DNA of 64,000 nucleotides from a plasmid, in sequence record NZ_CP041047.1; one strand, written 5' to 3'. A program made the position numbers and the translations under genes. Shown one piece after another: positions 17,756 to 28,620 of this stretch. Under the pieces are notes generated by a model. It did not search any database and was not told where the DNA came from. It saw only the letters and a list, made by a program, of their open reading frames with translations. Each line of letters starts with the position of its first letter. Position 1 is the first letter of the stretch.

Positions 17756-20413
17756 CTATTGAGTCTTCAGTACGGCCTCTGTACTTGATTTTGCAGCGTC
17801 TACATCAATGCTGTTAACACCGCTCTGGAAACGCTCCAGAGTGTTCTGGCGTGAGCCATCGATATTCAACACGCTTCCTTTACCGGTTATCTTATCCAGA
17901 TTTATCTCGGAAGCTTTTGGGAGAAGTTTTGCCTCGTAAAGTGAGCCAATCCATTCTGATAAGTCGATTTTATTAAAATCGATCCGACCAAATTCTTCTA
18001 ATGTCAGAGCTCTACAATCTGGGTTCTTTTTATCACCCCAGCCGATACCTAGCATTGGTCTTCCTTGCTCCTGAATAATGCGACCGATCTGCGAATCAAA
18101 TGTGCAATAACTTGATCGTTTCTCGATACAGACACCCAGGAACTTTGTTTCACACCAACTGGATATATGCACGGCTAGTTTAGTTTCTTTCTTGACGGCC
18201 AGCTTAAATTCATCAGAAGTACAAGCCCAGATGATGTTAACCAGAATGTTGGCAATCTGATAGGCCATATAAGCGTACCCAACAACGGATATAGCGGAGA
18301 CTATTGTGGACGACAATTGCACAGATGTTGCCAAGCCTGATGACGTTACAGCGGCCCCTCCTTCAAAAGCCGCACTTTCAAAAAGCATATTTGTTGCCGC
18401 AGGGCCGAAGGTGTCAAGCGTCCACTGAGCAACCTGTTTAGTCAGCGCTCCGATAGCCTGATTCATTAATCCAGACAACCCAGCTTCTGTAGCTTGCTGA
18501 GCGGCTTCAGTGCCTGCCGTACCTACCAGACTGTTGAATGCCGAAATTGCAGGACGGGTAATTGTATCGATGGCATTAGTCATGAGCTCGGAACCCATAT
18601 CAAAAATGCCTTTCCCTTGTTCGAACATACCGGCTTTAACCGCGACAGCATCTGCAATTTTCAGGGTGTAATAAGATAACTGCAAATACTGAATCCAGTT
18701 GACATCTACAGGTTGATCGCAACAATCCACCCAACCGCCCATAGCCGATTTACATTGAGCTGACTCACCCTTGAAAAGAGTACATGAGCGGTTCGTTTCA
18801 TCAGTATCATCGCCGCACTTCATTTCATTCAATGCGTAAGTTGCGGCCTGAAGGGTTGCAACTGCTTTATTGAAATCACCGCTGGGTTCTGTTGATGGCT
18901 GAAGGCAAGAACCATTCAGGCACTGAACTGCACCAGGGCACACATAAGTATCAGTGGCAGAGGTATTGGGTACGACGACATCTGTTCCGCAATCCCAAAC
19001 TTCTGTAGCCTGCCAGCATCCGTTTTTGTCCCCCTCAGCACCAGTAATGCAGGTGGATTTGATGAACTTACATGCGGTATCAGCATCATACTGCTTACAG
19101 GTGTTGTTAACACCAGCGTCAGTCCCACAGTTAGAAACCACGGTAGCCGATTTGCAGAACGGGGATAGGCCACTGATAGGTGGCTTAGCAAGCTGACTTT
19201 CGCATATACGAGCACCATTAATTGTTGCGCATCCATTAGCATCAGGCGTGACAGTTTCGCGGCAGGTGACCGTATAGTTCTGGCAATAACCGGCGTTTAT
19301 GGCTTTCAGCAACGTATCGAATTGTTCCGGTTTATCGACAGTCCATTCGTTATCCGAAATGATCTTGCTCGGGTCGAAGTTAATATAGATAAGAGCATAA
19401 CCTTCGCCACTGCCGGTTACCGACACTCGGTTTTTGAAATTAAGAACTCCATTCATGGGAGTGTTTCGAATTTGCGCAGTGACATCTACATTAATTGACT
19501 GATCCCAACTGGTGCTAAGTTCACACTTTCCAGCTGTTTCGGGGGGGAACGTACCAGTACCGTATGGCCCACCCCATACAAGGCTAGCTCGGTCTGTTCC
19601 GCCGACGTAAATTTGCATATAGTCATCCCATTTTGCCCTGACTATCCTGGCGCTGGTGACTGCCTGCGGATTGTAAACGGTGACAGCCATTGCCTGTTCG
19701 AAAATCTTACAATTGCCGTCCCAGTAGTTATCCCCAACAGTGCCGAGCCAGAGCTCGATACAGTTAGTCCCGCAGGAACCGATGTTTGCAGCCCCGCTAT
19801 AATGCGAAAGCATACCGGCTACGTAAGGATGGTAGAGAGTAAATGTGCCGCTAACACTCGTGGTACGGGTACATTCCCGGTAGTCAGGAATGTGATTAAC
19901 GGTATCTTTGTTGGTCATGGTGCGCGTCATTGAGCAGTCACCAAGATCCTGCATGTATTTATCCTGATTTTCCAGGAAGTCTTTGTGGCCATCAAAGATG
20001 GAATCGTCGGGCTTAAGGTTTGCCGTAGTTTTCGTCGAGCCCACCAGCGTTCGATAAGCTTCACCGCGAAGAGAATCTTCTGTTTTCAGATTGGCGTTGG
20101 TCGTGTTGCCAAGTTTTAACGTGTTGCTGTCATCCCCGAATGTACCTGTCAGGCTATCCAGTGAAGTTGATGAACCCTGATTTGGGTAAGCCGAGTTCAG
20201 GTCAACGGCCTGGCCTTTTCCATACTGAACCGTACCATTTGACGTAGCTGATACCTGCGGAAGTGTTTTGTAGAAATTGGTAGCTGATGTGACGTTTTCC
20301 TGGGTCGTAGCGGAAAAGGCATACGGCACGTAGGATACAACACCAAGGTGACATAACATCGTAATTGTGCAGAGTGGTCTGTAAAACCATTTTTTTCGGA
20401 AAAGGTTTTTCAT
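17756..20413 (-). CDS. traN: mating pair stabilisation protein TraN (Cys-rich outer membrane)
   Basis: 885 aa, signal peptide, >25 Cys in the central/C-terminal region, adjacent to traG. Confidence 0.75.
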   Translation of the reverse strand: MKNLFRKKWFYRPLCTITMLCHLGVVSYVPYAFSATTQENVTSATNFYKTLPQVSATSNGTVQYGKGQAVDLNSAYPNQGSSTSLDSLTGTFGDDSNTLKLGNTTNANLKTEDSLRGEAYRTLVGSTKTTANLKPDDSIFDGHKDFLENQDKYMQDLGDCSMTRTMTNKDTVNHIPDYRECTRTTSVSGTFTLYHPYVAGMLSHYSGAANIGSCGTNCIELWLGTVGDNYWDGNCKIFEQAMAVTVYNPQAVTSARIVRAKWDDYMQIYVGGTDRASLVWGGPYGTGTFPPETAGKCELSTSWDQSINVDVTAQIRNTPMNGVLNFKNRVSVTGSGEGYALIYINFDPSKIISDNEWTVDKPEQFDTLLKAINAGYCQNYTVTCRETVTPDANGCATINGARICESQLAKPPISGLSPFCKSATVVSNCGTDAGVNNTCKQYDADTACKFIKSTCITGAEGDKNGCWQATEVWDCGTDVVVPNTSATDTYVCPGAVQCLNGSCLQPSTEPSGDFNKAVATLQAATYALNEMKCGDDTDETNRSCTLFKGESAQCKSAMGGWVDCCDQPVDVNWIQYLQLSYYTLKIADAVAVKAGMFEQGKGIFDMGSELMTNAIDTITRPAISAFNSLVGTAGTEAAQQATEAGLSGLMNQAIGALTKQVAQWTLDTFGPAATNMLFESAAFEGGAAVTSSGLATSVQLSSTIVSAISVVGYAYMAYQIANILVNIIWACTSDEFKLAVKKETKLAVHISSWCETKFLGVCIEKRSSYCTFDSQIGRIIQEQGRPMLGIGWGDKKNPDCRALTLEEFGRIDFNKIDLSEWIGSLYEAKLLPKASEINLDKITGKGSVLNIDGSRQNTLERFQSGVNSIDVDAAKSSTEAVLKTQ

Positions 20414-20617
20414 TCTATGATCACCTTTGTCGTGGTTACTGATTATGAAGTCAAAGATCTCGATAACTAAATTTCGTCAGCCAGCATTTCTATGCGAAGC
20501 TACTAAAATGAAGGATTAAGCAGGCAGCGTATTAAACAGACTGGTTTCAGACAATAAAGAAGGACGGCAAAACGAGGGTGTTTTCTGCGTTCTGATTATT
20601 ACCGACTGGAGGTGCTT

Positions 20618-20815
20618 ATGGACATGTTTGGTATAACGGGCCTTATCCCATTATCGGGGCCAAGCGATTCAGATTATGGCGGTGGAAATGGTCGAAGAGG
20701 CCGTGGAAGAAAAGGGCGGACGGCCAAAAGTAAATGTGAGCGAATGTGGGAGTTTTATATTCTGTTCTATTCTTTATTGAGCCTTCCTGTTGTTTATATG
20801 TTTGCCACTACGTAA
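20618..20815 (+). CDS. small protein with C-terminal transmembrane segment
   Basis: strong SD GGAGGTG; RG-rich N-terminus; 'WEFYILFYSLLSLPVVYMF' TM; convergent with traG. Confidence 0.4.
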   Translation: MDMFGITGLIPLSGPSDSDYGGGNGRRGRGRKGRTAKSKCERMWEFYILFYSLLSLPVVYMFATT

Positions 20816-20847
20816 AAGCCCCGCCAGGCTGGCAGGGCTTTATTACG
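20815..20847. terminator. bidirectional terminator between the small ORF and traG
   Basis: aaagccc...gggcttt hairpin. Confidence 0.5.
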
Positions 20848-20849
20848 AA

Positions 20850-23800
20850 TCACTTTTTCGATGAAATAATCATGTCATCGTTTCCGCCGCTATGGCCACC
20901 TTTACCTTCCTTATGTCGCGGATGAACCGGGACATACTCCTGATGCGATTGAGTAGTTCGTGCAGGTGGCGGATCACTGAACATTGTACCTCCGTTATTT
21001 GAATCGCTATGGCCACCAGCACCGTGGGCATTAACGGTCATAGTTTCAGCTTCGCCATATCCCTGGTTGTGGGTTCCCATCGCATAGGGAACACCATCGC
21101 CTACAGAAGAACCTCCATTAGATGCCTGATGCATTCCTCCAAGGTTATTGGCCATACCTCCGGTGTTATATTCATGCGTCTGACGATCTGTATTCAAAGC
21201 AGTTGTAGCCTGCTGAATAATGGATCCATCATTTGCTGAACGGTCTAAACCGGCATTATCAATACGGGCAGCAATACCACGGGCAAGGGATGTATTCCCG
21301 CCAGAAACGGTTCCATTGTTATTTTCCCCACCTGTCGCAAGTTGAATACGAGCCATCATGTCACTGCGGGCCTGGGTAAGTTGTTGTTCAGATGCACCAG
21401 CTTTGGTCATCGCGTAGTAATTCACAATGGAATCTCGCGCTGCTTCGCGGTTTGCATCACCACCCAACGGAATTTCTCCGGCGATTGATTTGGCCTGGTT
21501 ATGCACCTGCTCATAAACCGGGCTTTCCTTGAACGCATTGCTGACATGAGAAACGAGCTTGTTAAAGTCTCCAGTGATACCGCCGAGATTATAGTGGTTG
21601 TTTTCGAAGTCATTCGCGGCGGTGTTACCCGCTTTAGTCATGACTTCACCTTGATTTCCTTTATGAATTTGATCAACTGCACCGCTATTCTGTCCACCGA
21701 CAGTATTAACCTGGCCTTGCCCATAACCATCTGACGATGAAGCATGTGCATCACCCAACGCACCGTAAGAACGGCCAGTTACAGCATTTACCGAGTTACT
21801 AACGTCCGCTGCACCAGCAACTGCCCGGCCACCTGCACTTTCAGCTCCGCCACTCACTCCACGGTATTGCTCAGATGCGGTTGTGGTCAACGCTGGGCTG
21901 GAGTCAGCGTTAATGAACCCGGCTTTGGCTGCTACTGCACCTGCTAAACCAAGTTCACTGGCTGCTTTGAATTGCGCAAAGGTATGTGCATCTTCGTGAG
22001 TCATACCTAAAGAGGTCAGGCTCGCTGCATCACCGGCGATTTTGCTGGATAGTTCAGGGTGCGCCGCGAGGGTTTGAGTCAATGTTGCTTGTGCATCATG
22101 GTTACGACCAATAGCCGTAGCAAGTTGCGCTGCGTTCATTGTCTGGCCCATTGAGGTACTTGAAGCAAACAAGTTTGCTTCCTGGAAATTCTTTTGTGCG
22201 GACTGCATTCTTTGATTTGCCTCAGCAAAAGAACGAGTCGACTGAGAACTTTCTCCTTCTTGCGATAAGGACTGGTACATCGCACTTGCTGCCGTGTTGA
22301 CGATGCGTGACTGGGTAGCGCTGTCGACTTTATGCGATGTGGCACTGTCCGTAGAACCGTACTTAGCGCTGTTGTCATTACTCAGCCCACTGCTTTCTGC
22401 CTCTGAACGAGACATACCACCCTTAACGCCTACACCACCGCTTGGGCTTCCAAATCCCCCACCGACGCTCGCATCGCTTTTGGCTATTGATACAAGCGCC
22501 TGCATATCAGAAATTCCTTGTTCTTTAGCTACAGAACTAACATAGGCGCGGTCAGAGCTGCTCAAGCTTGCAAATGCTGCGTTTGAAGCATCACTGTAAA
22601 CCTGCGAATGCCCCCCAGAGTTCATGTTGCTGGCCACCTGGCTAATCATTGCGCCGGATTGAGCAGTCAACGAGCTAGAGGCTGCATCAAGTTCCTGCTT
22701 AGCACTGGACAGGTTGTGAGTAGCGACCTGTTTCATATCAATGTTTGGGAGAGTGCCAGAAGACCCACCCATGATCGTCCCTTGCGTTGGGTTAAATTCG
22801 GCTTCAGAGCCACGGGTATTGATTGGTGGAGCGTTTGTAACATCCGGCGATAGGGTTTTGGTATCAGCTGCTGAAGGAGCGGCAGCAGAATTGGCCAGCG
22901 AGTTAAACGCTACGGAACTGCCCCATACAATGAACCCACCTAATGCCGGTATCATTCCATATAAATTACCAGCCAGGCCGATGCTTTTTTGAGTCTCGAA
23001 TAACAGCTGGTATAGCTGGGCAAAACTAAGACCACCGGAACCCGAACTGACAAGTATTTGGCTTGATGCATCACGGATGCTATTCAACACATACATGTTT
23101 ACTACAGCTGCCAATGGTAACCATGTCCACGTCCAGAAGATGACGAGAAAATACTTCATCACCAACCTGATCCCCATAATACCCAGGCCGAAAAGGAAGG
23201 CCATGAAAGGGGCAAGGGCGTAAATAATCCCCTGAAAAATGGGCATGAATGACCCCATCCAGCTTAAAAAGGATGAGCCGGAAGATGACCACTGGAATGC
23301 TTGCTGGGTCATTGTCTGCGCACGTGTGACCGCAGCAGTACCACGAAAGGAACTTTCAAGGCCATACATCGGCATTTCTCTGAATGACGGATACATGACC
23401 ATCATGAGTTGGAAGTCACGTATATCCGTTCCCATGATATTGAAGAAATTTAAAACCTCTTGAGTTTTTCCAGACCCTGAGCATGTAGCGCCACCACACG
23501 TGCGCCCAGCTGCGGCATAGGAACGGGCAAAAGATGCATCGAGAGCCGCTGAGTTCAGAGTAGCCAGGCCTTTGAGCTTCGTATAAGCATCAGCACATGT
23601 GTATAAGGAACCACCTTTTGCAGATTCATCAGTTGCTGTCGACCAACCACTACGGACGTTGTCATAGATAACTACGCGTTGAAATGAGTCATTTGAAGCT
23701 AGCCCGGATACCCCTTGATTGGAGCGGTACATTGAAGCAAACGTTTTTGAACCACGAATTATGTCGTTACCTACACAATTCTTAACATAGTTAGAAATGC

Positions 23801-24293
23801 TACCATCCAGATCACCATAACCTTCTGTTTCACCAGTCCAGCGCATGGGCGATTTCATGGTGTCGTACAGTGTGGCGAGAGTGAAAAGGGGATCAAGTGA
23901 CCCGTATTCCGTCATTGAAGGAACAGAGAAGGCTTGTTCCATTTTTTCAGTAGTGGCATATCCAACTGTCGAAATAAGGGAAGCCGCAGCTGCAAGGCCA
24001 GCAGGTACGTTGTCTACGGCTTTGAAACGGCCAGTAGTTACGTCCTCGATATTGACGCGCATTGAGACACTGAAAAAGATAAAATACATCACTATAGCGA
24101 TACCCATTTGCCCAAGTGATAATGTTTTACCTGCCGTGATTGCGGCTGCGATAACCACTCCGATGACGCCAATTAACGCAGCTATTTTGAATAATGAGGC
24201 GTAAGTACCGTCATTAAACAACATAGCAACCGCATTAAAAATATTGTAGATAAATTCAATGTTACCTACGGTATATACGTTCCATTCACTCAT
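20850..24293 (-). CDS. traG: mating pair stabilisation / pilus assembly protein TraG (F-type), with long Gly/Ser/Asn-rich C-terminal domain
   Basis: N-terminus 'MSEWNVYTVGNIEFIYNIFNAVAMLFND' typical of TraG_N; multiple TM segments; 1147 aa. Confidence 0.85.
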   Translation of the reverse strand: MSEWNVYTVGNIEFIYNIFNAVAMLFNDGTYASLFKIAALIGVIGVVIAAAITAGKTLSLGQMGIAIVMYFIFFSVSMRVNIEDVTTGRFKAVDNVPAGLAAAASLISTVGYATTEKMEQAFSVPSMTEYGSLDPLFTLATLYDTMKSPMRWTGETEGYGDLDGSISNYVKNCVGNDIIRGSKTFASMYRSNQGVSGLASNDSFQRVVIYDNVRSGWSTATDESAKGGSLYTCADAYTKLKGLATLNSAALDASFARSYAAAGRTCGGATCSGSGKTQEVLNFFNIMGTDIRDFQLMMVMYPSFREMPMYGLESSFRGTAAVTRAQTMTQQAFQWSSSGSSFLSWMGSFMPIFQGIIYALAPFMAFLFGLGIMGIRLVMKYFLVIFWTWTWLPLAAVVNMYVLNSIRDASSQILVSSGSGGLSFAQLYQLLFETQKSIGLAGNLYGMIPALGGFIVWGSSVAFNSLANSAAAPSAADTKTLSPDVTNAPPINTRGSEAEFNPTQGTIMGGSSGTLPNIDMKQVATHNLSSAKQELDAASSSLTAQSGAMISQVASNMNSGGHSQVYSDASNAAFASLSSSDRAYVSSVAKEQGISDMQALVSIAKSDASVGGGFGSPSGGVGVKGGMSRSEAESSGLSNDNSAKYGSTDSATSHKVDSATQSRIVNTAASAMYQSLSQEGESSQSTRSFAEANQRMQSAQKNFQEANLFASSTSMGQTMNAAQLATAIGRNHDAQATLTQTLAAHPELSSKIAGDAASLTSLGMTHEDAHTFAQFKAASELGLAGAVAAKAGFINADSSPALTTTASEQYRGVSGGAESAGGRAVAGAADVSNSVNAVTGRSYGALGDAHASSSDGYGQGQVNTVGGQNSGAVDQIHKGNQGEVMTKAGNTAANDFENNHYNLGGITGDFNKLVSHVSNAFKESPVYEQVHNQAKSIAGEIPLGGDANREAARDSIVNYYAMTKAGASEQQLTQARSDMMARIQLATGGENNNGTVSGGNTSLARGIAARIDNAGLDRSANDGSIIQQATTALNTDRQTHEYNTGGMANNLGGMHQASNGGSSVGDGVPYAMGTHNQGYGEAETMTVNAHGAGGHSDSNNGGTMFSDPPPARTTQSHQEYVPVHPRHKEGKGGHSGGNDDMIISSKK

Positions 24294-24307
24294 GTTTAAA
24301 TGCCCTC

Positions 24308-25747
24308 TTAGAGCGAGCCGTTAAAAGAGGCTTCAGACTCATAATGAGTCTGGGGAAGGGTTTTCATATAACTATTGAATGACTCGGGTATACGGGCTTC
24401 CCCACCGTATCGGGCGATCATCGCACTATACGAAACGTAAAGGTTTTGCCGTGCCTTCTCAATTAATTCAGCAGCATCTTTATAATAAATGGATGCGGAT
24501 TTATCATTCTGCTGCATAAATCTAGCACCAGTGGCAGCTGCTGTAAGCATGTCGCTTAAATAGTTGTAAGCCGCTGAATAAGCAATTATTGGTGATAGCT
24601 CACGGACATACGAATACGATGCGCTTAAATCATGCCTGGCTATTTGCGTTGCTTTGCTTGACGCTCCTGTAACGTTGTAATAGTTTGCCTGGCGCAATCT
24701 GGCATCACCAGGATTAATACCATCTTTCGCGGCGCTTAAATATCCATTATCAATGAAGAATAAGGTTATATTGGCTGCAATACCTTTAAGGGCTTTTGTC
24801 TGTTTTTTTGGATTCTCACAAGTGGCTGTTTGTCCTGAGCAAGACCAAAAGTCAAAACTATCGTCACCATTAATGAAAGAGTCCAGAACGTTGCCTGTAG
24901 CCAATGGAGCCAGATTAACAACGCTTTGTTTCGCGGAACCATCCTCAGCAGTACCAACCTCGCTTCCCACAATAATAGTGCCTGTCATGCTCATAATAAG
25001 TTCTTTTTGTTCATCTTCAGAACCGGTGAACTGATCATTAAAATCACCATTCTGAAGCAAACACCACATGATATTACCGTAATCATTGCATGGTTTACGT
25101 TTGCCAGCCTGCTGCTTCTGAATTTCAGGAGCTTTGCCACCAGCAAAGTTTCCCCACATCGCCCCAAATTGATCAGATAGACCTGTAGTTGACAGCTGGG
25201 ATGAAACAGCAGCTTTTGCGCCATCACCGAATGCAGCAGCGGTATCGACCAGAAGTCCTTTGGCAAGCTGGCAAGAGTTCGCCGTTAAGTCATTCATTTG
25301 TTGTATGATCGCCTGCATTTTCGATATAGCATTATCGAGTACGGCATCCATTGCATTTAGTGCCAACTGGAAAGCGAGACCGGCTGCATTGGATGCAATA
25401 TTTCGTAGCATCTGAACAAATTGTTCGGCATTGATGAATGAGAATGAACCGCCGAATAAATCAATACCGCCACAACCTCCGGCTGCTGTTGGTAGGCTAA
25501 TCGTAACAGGTGTTAATGTGCGAAGTTTGTTTCTTAAAACGAATCCACCGCCTGTATAACCATCCCGTGTGACACTTTGATAATCCCCTGGCGCAGTGAC
25601 ATTGGACATTGAACCAAACATATTATCTAGCTGAGAGTTAATGCTGGTGGCGAAACTGTTTGCTGAAAATAAAATAGAAAACCCGATAGATAAGGCCATT
25701 AATGATTTACGAAAACCACATTTTGGTGTACGAGGTGAAATAATCAT
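24308..25747 (-). CDS. traH: pilus assembly protein TraH
   Basis: 479 aa, signal peptide, conserved traF-traH-traG order. Confidence 0.7.
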   Translation of the reverse strand: MIISPRTPKCGFRKSLMALSIGFSILFSANSFATSINSQLDNMFGSMSNVTAPGDYQSVTRDGYTGGGFVLRNKLRTLTPVTISLPTAAGGCGGIDLFGGSFSFINAEQFVQMLRNIASNAAGLAFQLALNAMDAVLDNAISKMQAIIQQMNDLTANSCQLAKGLLVDTAAAFGDGAKAAVSSQLSTTGLSDQFGAMWGNFAGGKAPEIQKQQAGKRKPCNDYGNIMWCLLQNGDFNDQFTGSEDEQKELIMSMTGTIIVGSEVGTAEDGSAKQSVVNLAPLATGNVLDSFINGDDSFDFWSCSGQTATCENPKKQTKALKGIAANITLFFIDNGYLSAAKDGINPGDARLRQANYYNVTGASSKATQIARHDLSASYSYVRELSPIIAYSAAYNYLSDMLTAAATGARFMQQNDKSASIYYKDAAELIEKARQNLYVSYSAMIARYGGEARIPESFNSYMKTLPQTHYESEASFNGSL

Positions 25748-26844
25748 TTTTCCTCCTGGGACGTACCGTTCTGAGCGTCAGCGGTTGAATATCCGGCTTT
25801 TGCTTGAATGTACTTGATGAACTCATCAGGGTTTTCGGTAAATTCTTTAGGCATTTCCTTCAGAATATTGGAATCGATATAACCCGTATCATTGTATGGC
25901 AAGGTACTTTTATACTGCTGGTCTGTAATAAGTCCAGAATCATGAGCGATTAAAATGGTTCTTGAAACAAGCTGGTCAGCTGCAATAGGGCCGAAGGAGA
26001 CAATTTTAGTTGTTGACGGAGGAATAGCCAAAGCAAGAGCAGGAACATTAGAAATCTGGAGTTTAGCTGCTTGCCCGGTATCACGTTTCCAGTCAGGCAT
26101 CATGTTCCCAGGTAATGGTTTCCCATCAATAGAGATAGGGATAATTTTAATACCTGTCATGTAATTAAAAGCGGTCATTACAGATGCTTGTTTTGAGCAA
26201 CTAGAACAATCTTCACCTCGGAAAAAGAAGAAGATCCCAGCCTTTGTGGCTATATCTTTTACCACTAATGAAGACTTATCTGCGGCAGCATTAGATTGAT
26301 CCATAGCACCGAATGTAGACGTAGATCTCCGGCTGCTTTCATCTATAAGCGGGTCGGTAGAAGTAACCAACCTAGCCATATCAGTAAAGCGGCTGGCTTT
26401 ATCCAGCATAATGCGTTGGGCCAGAAAATACGCTCTAACGTTTTCTTGAGTAGGATTGTCAATGGCCTGGTTGCGCAGTTTCTGAATGTTTTCATTGAAC
26501 CAAGCGACGGTGAACGGAGCGGGGCCGGGCTTTTCCGTTGCGACAGGTTCTGGAGTCGATTCCACAGGTGTTTGAGCAACCTGTTTGGGTGTATCTTGTG
26601 GCGGTAAAGTCGGCGGAGGAGGTAGCTTCACTGGTTTTTTCTTCACTGGCTCAGGTGGCGATTTACGCCAGAACCAACCTTCCTCTTTACCATTCAGAAA
26701 TGCCTGACCACCAGCGAGGTCGTCACTGGTGGTCTGAGGGGATTGAGGCGTTATGGTATTACCCTCATCCGCAAGAACAGAGGTAGTAAAAGCAAAACCC
26801 ACTAGCAGGGGAATAATGCTCTTAGTTAAAAATTGATATTTCAT
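25744..26844 (-). CDS. traF: TraF-like thioredoxin-fold pilus assembly protein with Pro-rich N-terminal extension
   Basis: signal peptide; 'EDCSSCSKQ' CxxC thioredoxin motif; position before traH. Confidence 0.7.
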   Translation of the reverse strand: MKYQFLTKSIIPLLVGFAFTTSVLADEGNTITPQSPQTTSDDLAGGQAFLNGKEEGWFWRKSPPEPVKKKPVKLPPPPTLPPQDTPKQVAQTPVESTPEPVATEKPGPAPFTVAWFNENIQKLRNQAIDNPTQENVRAYFLAQRIMLDKASRFTDMARLVTSTDPLIDESSRRSTSTFGAMDQSNAAADKSSLVVKDIATKAGIFFFFRGEDCSSCSKQASVMTAFNYMTGIKIIPISIDGKPLPGNMMPDWKRDTGQAAKLQISNVPALALAIPPSTTKIVSFGPIAADQLVSRTILIAHDSGLITDQQYKSTLPYNDTGYIDSNILKEMPKEFTENPDEFIKYIQAKAGYSTADAQNGTSQEEK

Positions 26845-27160
26845 CGGAATTACCCTCGGAAATTATTCTTGCGATGGACTCCGTCCAGAAAAAGGTATTT
26901 TTTCCACTAAAGACCCTTGCACTTTCAAGCTGGCGAGTTAATGCATAATGCCGATATCTGACCTGCCCTATACGTTTGGCTACACTATCCGACTTAACGC
27001 CAATTTCGGAGCAAGCCTCATCGAGAGTCATGCGTGTTCCATATTTACGCAACAGCTCATCAGTAACTATGTTCTTAGGGTCGTCGTTAACTAATACCGC
27101 AGGGATTTTGTGTGCTGGCATAAGCATTGCCCTGTTATGAGAACATTTAAGTGTCTTCAT
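26822..27160 (-). CDS. small HTH DNA-binding protein (AlpA-like helix-turn-helix)
   Basis: 'MTLDEACSEIGVKSDSVAKRIGQ' HTH; AAGGGAG SD; overlaps the traF start by 23 nt. Confidence 0.5.
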   Translation of the reverse strand: MKTLKCSHNRAMLMPAHKIPAVLVNDDPKNIVTDELLRKYGTRMTLDEACSEIGVKSDSVAKRIGQVRYRHYALTRQLESARVFSGKNTFFWTESIARIISEGNSDEISIFN

Positions 27161-27314
27161 AAAACTCCCTTATCATAAATACGGACGGCATTACGATTAG
27201 TTTGCCATATGGGTAAAAATAAGAAGTTCAAAAATGGCAGCGTTTTGACTGTAAAAATCAAAAGTAATTTTCGTGTGCATCCGTTTTGTTTACATGTTTG
27301 AAATCAGCAAATAC

Positions 27315-27345
27315 AAAAAAACCCAGTCCGAAGACTGGGTTTTTC
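27315..27345 (-). terminator. rho-independent terminator
   Basis: acccagtc-cgaa-gactgggt + T-run on the minus strand. Confidence 0.65.
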
Positions 27346-27375
27346 AGTGTTAGCTAATTAAAAGAATTAGATGCT

Positions 27376-27897
27376 TTAAAGACCAAAGTTATCTTTGAAA
27401 TGACGTTGGTTTTTCCAGGATGAATTTTCAATCACACAGCATTCAAATACTGTATTCAGGTCGTCATCTGGAAATTTAAGGGCATCGTTGCCTATACGAA
27501 TGATGTTACCGATAAGTTCACGGGCTAGCTGAGAATTACGCAAGAAACGAGTAAAGAACTCATTGCTGATATGTTTGCCCAAGTTATAAGCAAATTCAAG
27601 CAACGTTGCATCGTTAGCAGTCAGCACCGCACCAGATTCAGATGCGAAATAAAAAACATTCTCTTGGCAGCCGAGGTTTTTCATTGCGCGGAGAAACAAC
27701 ATTTCTCCTTCCATATCCATAAGGCGTAGAATTATATCAATATCAGATTCATCGTTTACGACAGCACCGACAGCATCATAAAGTACGGCAGCGGGAGCTT
27801 GTTCAAACTCATCACGTTCGTAATTCATCAACATACGGTTTTGTGCGTTATTAAAGCTATCAATATGATCTGATTTAGCAGTAGTTGAAGTATACAT
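27376..27897 (-). CDS. hypothetical protein (173 aa)
   Basis: ORF with AAGGAG SD. Confidence 0.5.
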   Translation of the reverse strand: MYTSTTAKSDHIDSFNNAQNRMLMNYERDEFEQAPAAVLYDAVGAVVNDESDIDIILRLMDMEGEMLFLRAMKNLGCQENVFYFASESGAVLTANDATLLEFAYNLGKHISNEFFTRFLRNSQLARELIGNIIRIGNDALKFPDDDLNTVFECCVIENSSWKNQRHFKDNFGL

Positions 27898-27918
27898 GAG
27901 TGACTCCTTAGAAATTTT

Positions 27919-28308
27919 CTACCAGACAGTTTGTTCTTTCATGAAGTCAGCCTCATTCGCTATAAAGCGTTTTGCTTCATTCATCGCCGTATCGAAATGT
28001 TTATTACCCAACTTGCGTCCGAGATCAGTTATCTGTTCAACAAGAAGAGCACATTCAGGGTGAGTAAATCGTCCACCACCTTGGCAGTAAGTTAAACGAG
28101 TAACCAGCATTGATGCCTTCGACTCATTTTGTGTTACATGAAAGATGGTTTTGTGAGTTCCTATCCCTCGTTCGTTCAGAATATTAATGGTTTCCATATC
28201 GGCGAGTAGTAATCTTAAGTCCTGCAAATCTCTTTCAATCGAATGAGTTTGCAATGACATACCGCCTGAGACAAAACCATAGACATCCCCGGTTTCAGAA
28301 TAAAACAT
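27919..28308 (-). CDS. hypothetical protein (129 aa)
   Basis: ORF, GAGGT SD. Confidence 0.5.
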   Translation of the reverse strand: MFYSETGDVYGFVSGGMSLQTHSIERDLQDLRLLLADMETINILNERGIGTHKTIFHVTQNESKASMLVTRLTYCQGGGRFTHPECALLVEQITDLGRKLGNKHFDTAMNEAKRFIANEADFMKEQTVW

Positions 28309-28332
28309 ATATACCTCGATAAATTAAATTAA

Positions 28333-28593
28333 TTAGAAGATACCCGGCTTACACCGTAATAGAGCATTAAAAATCTGCTCGCGAGCCTCAGAAGGATTTA
28401 CTTGTTTTGCAATCCCTTCAATCCACTCATCAACCGGTATTCGGGTAAATTGATGGTCTGTATTGCGAATCCTGATTGCAATGACAGCCCAGTGAGCGAG
28501 AGCATACTGAACATAATGCTTATCGCCTGGTGCAACCTCACCGCGTATTCTGGCGGTGCGGTTGTTATACTCTATCAACGCGCAGCCACTCAT
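28333..28593 (-). CDS. hypothetical protein (86 aa)
   Basis: ORF, CTGGAG SD. Confidence 0.45.
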   Translation of the reverse strand: MSGCALIEYNNRTARIRGEVAPGDKHYVQYALAHWAVIAIRIRNTDHQFTRIPVDEWIEGIAKQVNPSEAREQIFNALLRCKPGIF

Positions 28594-28620
28594 ACAGACT
28601 CCAGTTATTAATTAATATAG

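Noticed and set aside
20850..24293. Numerous antisense ORFs inside traG, traI, traC, bet etc. (e.g. 21009..21239, 36754..37365, 57951..58370, 60488..60949)
   Set aside because: Embedded in or antisense to long, well-supported tra/recombination genes; typical shadow ORFs.
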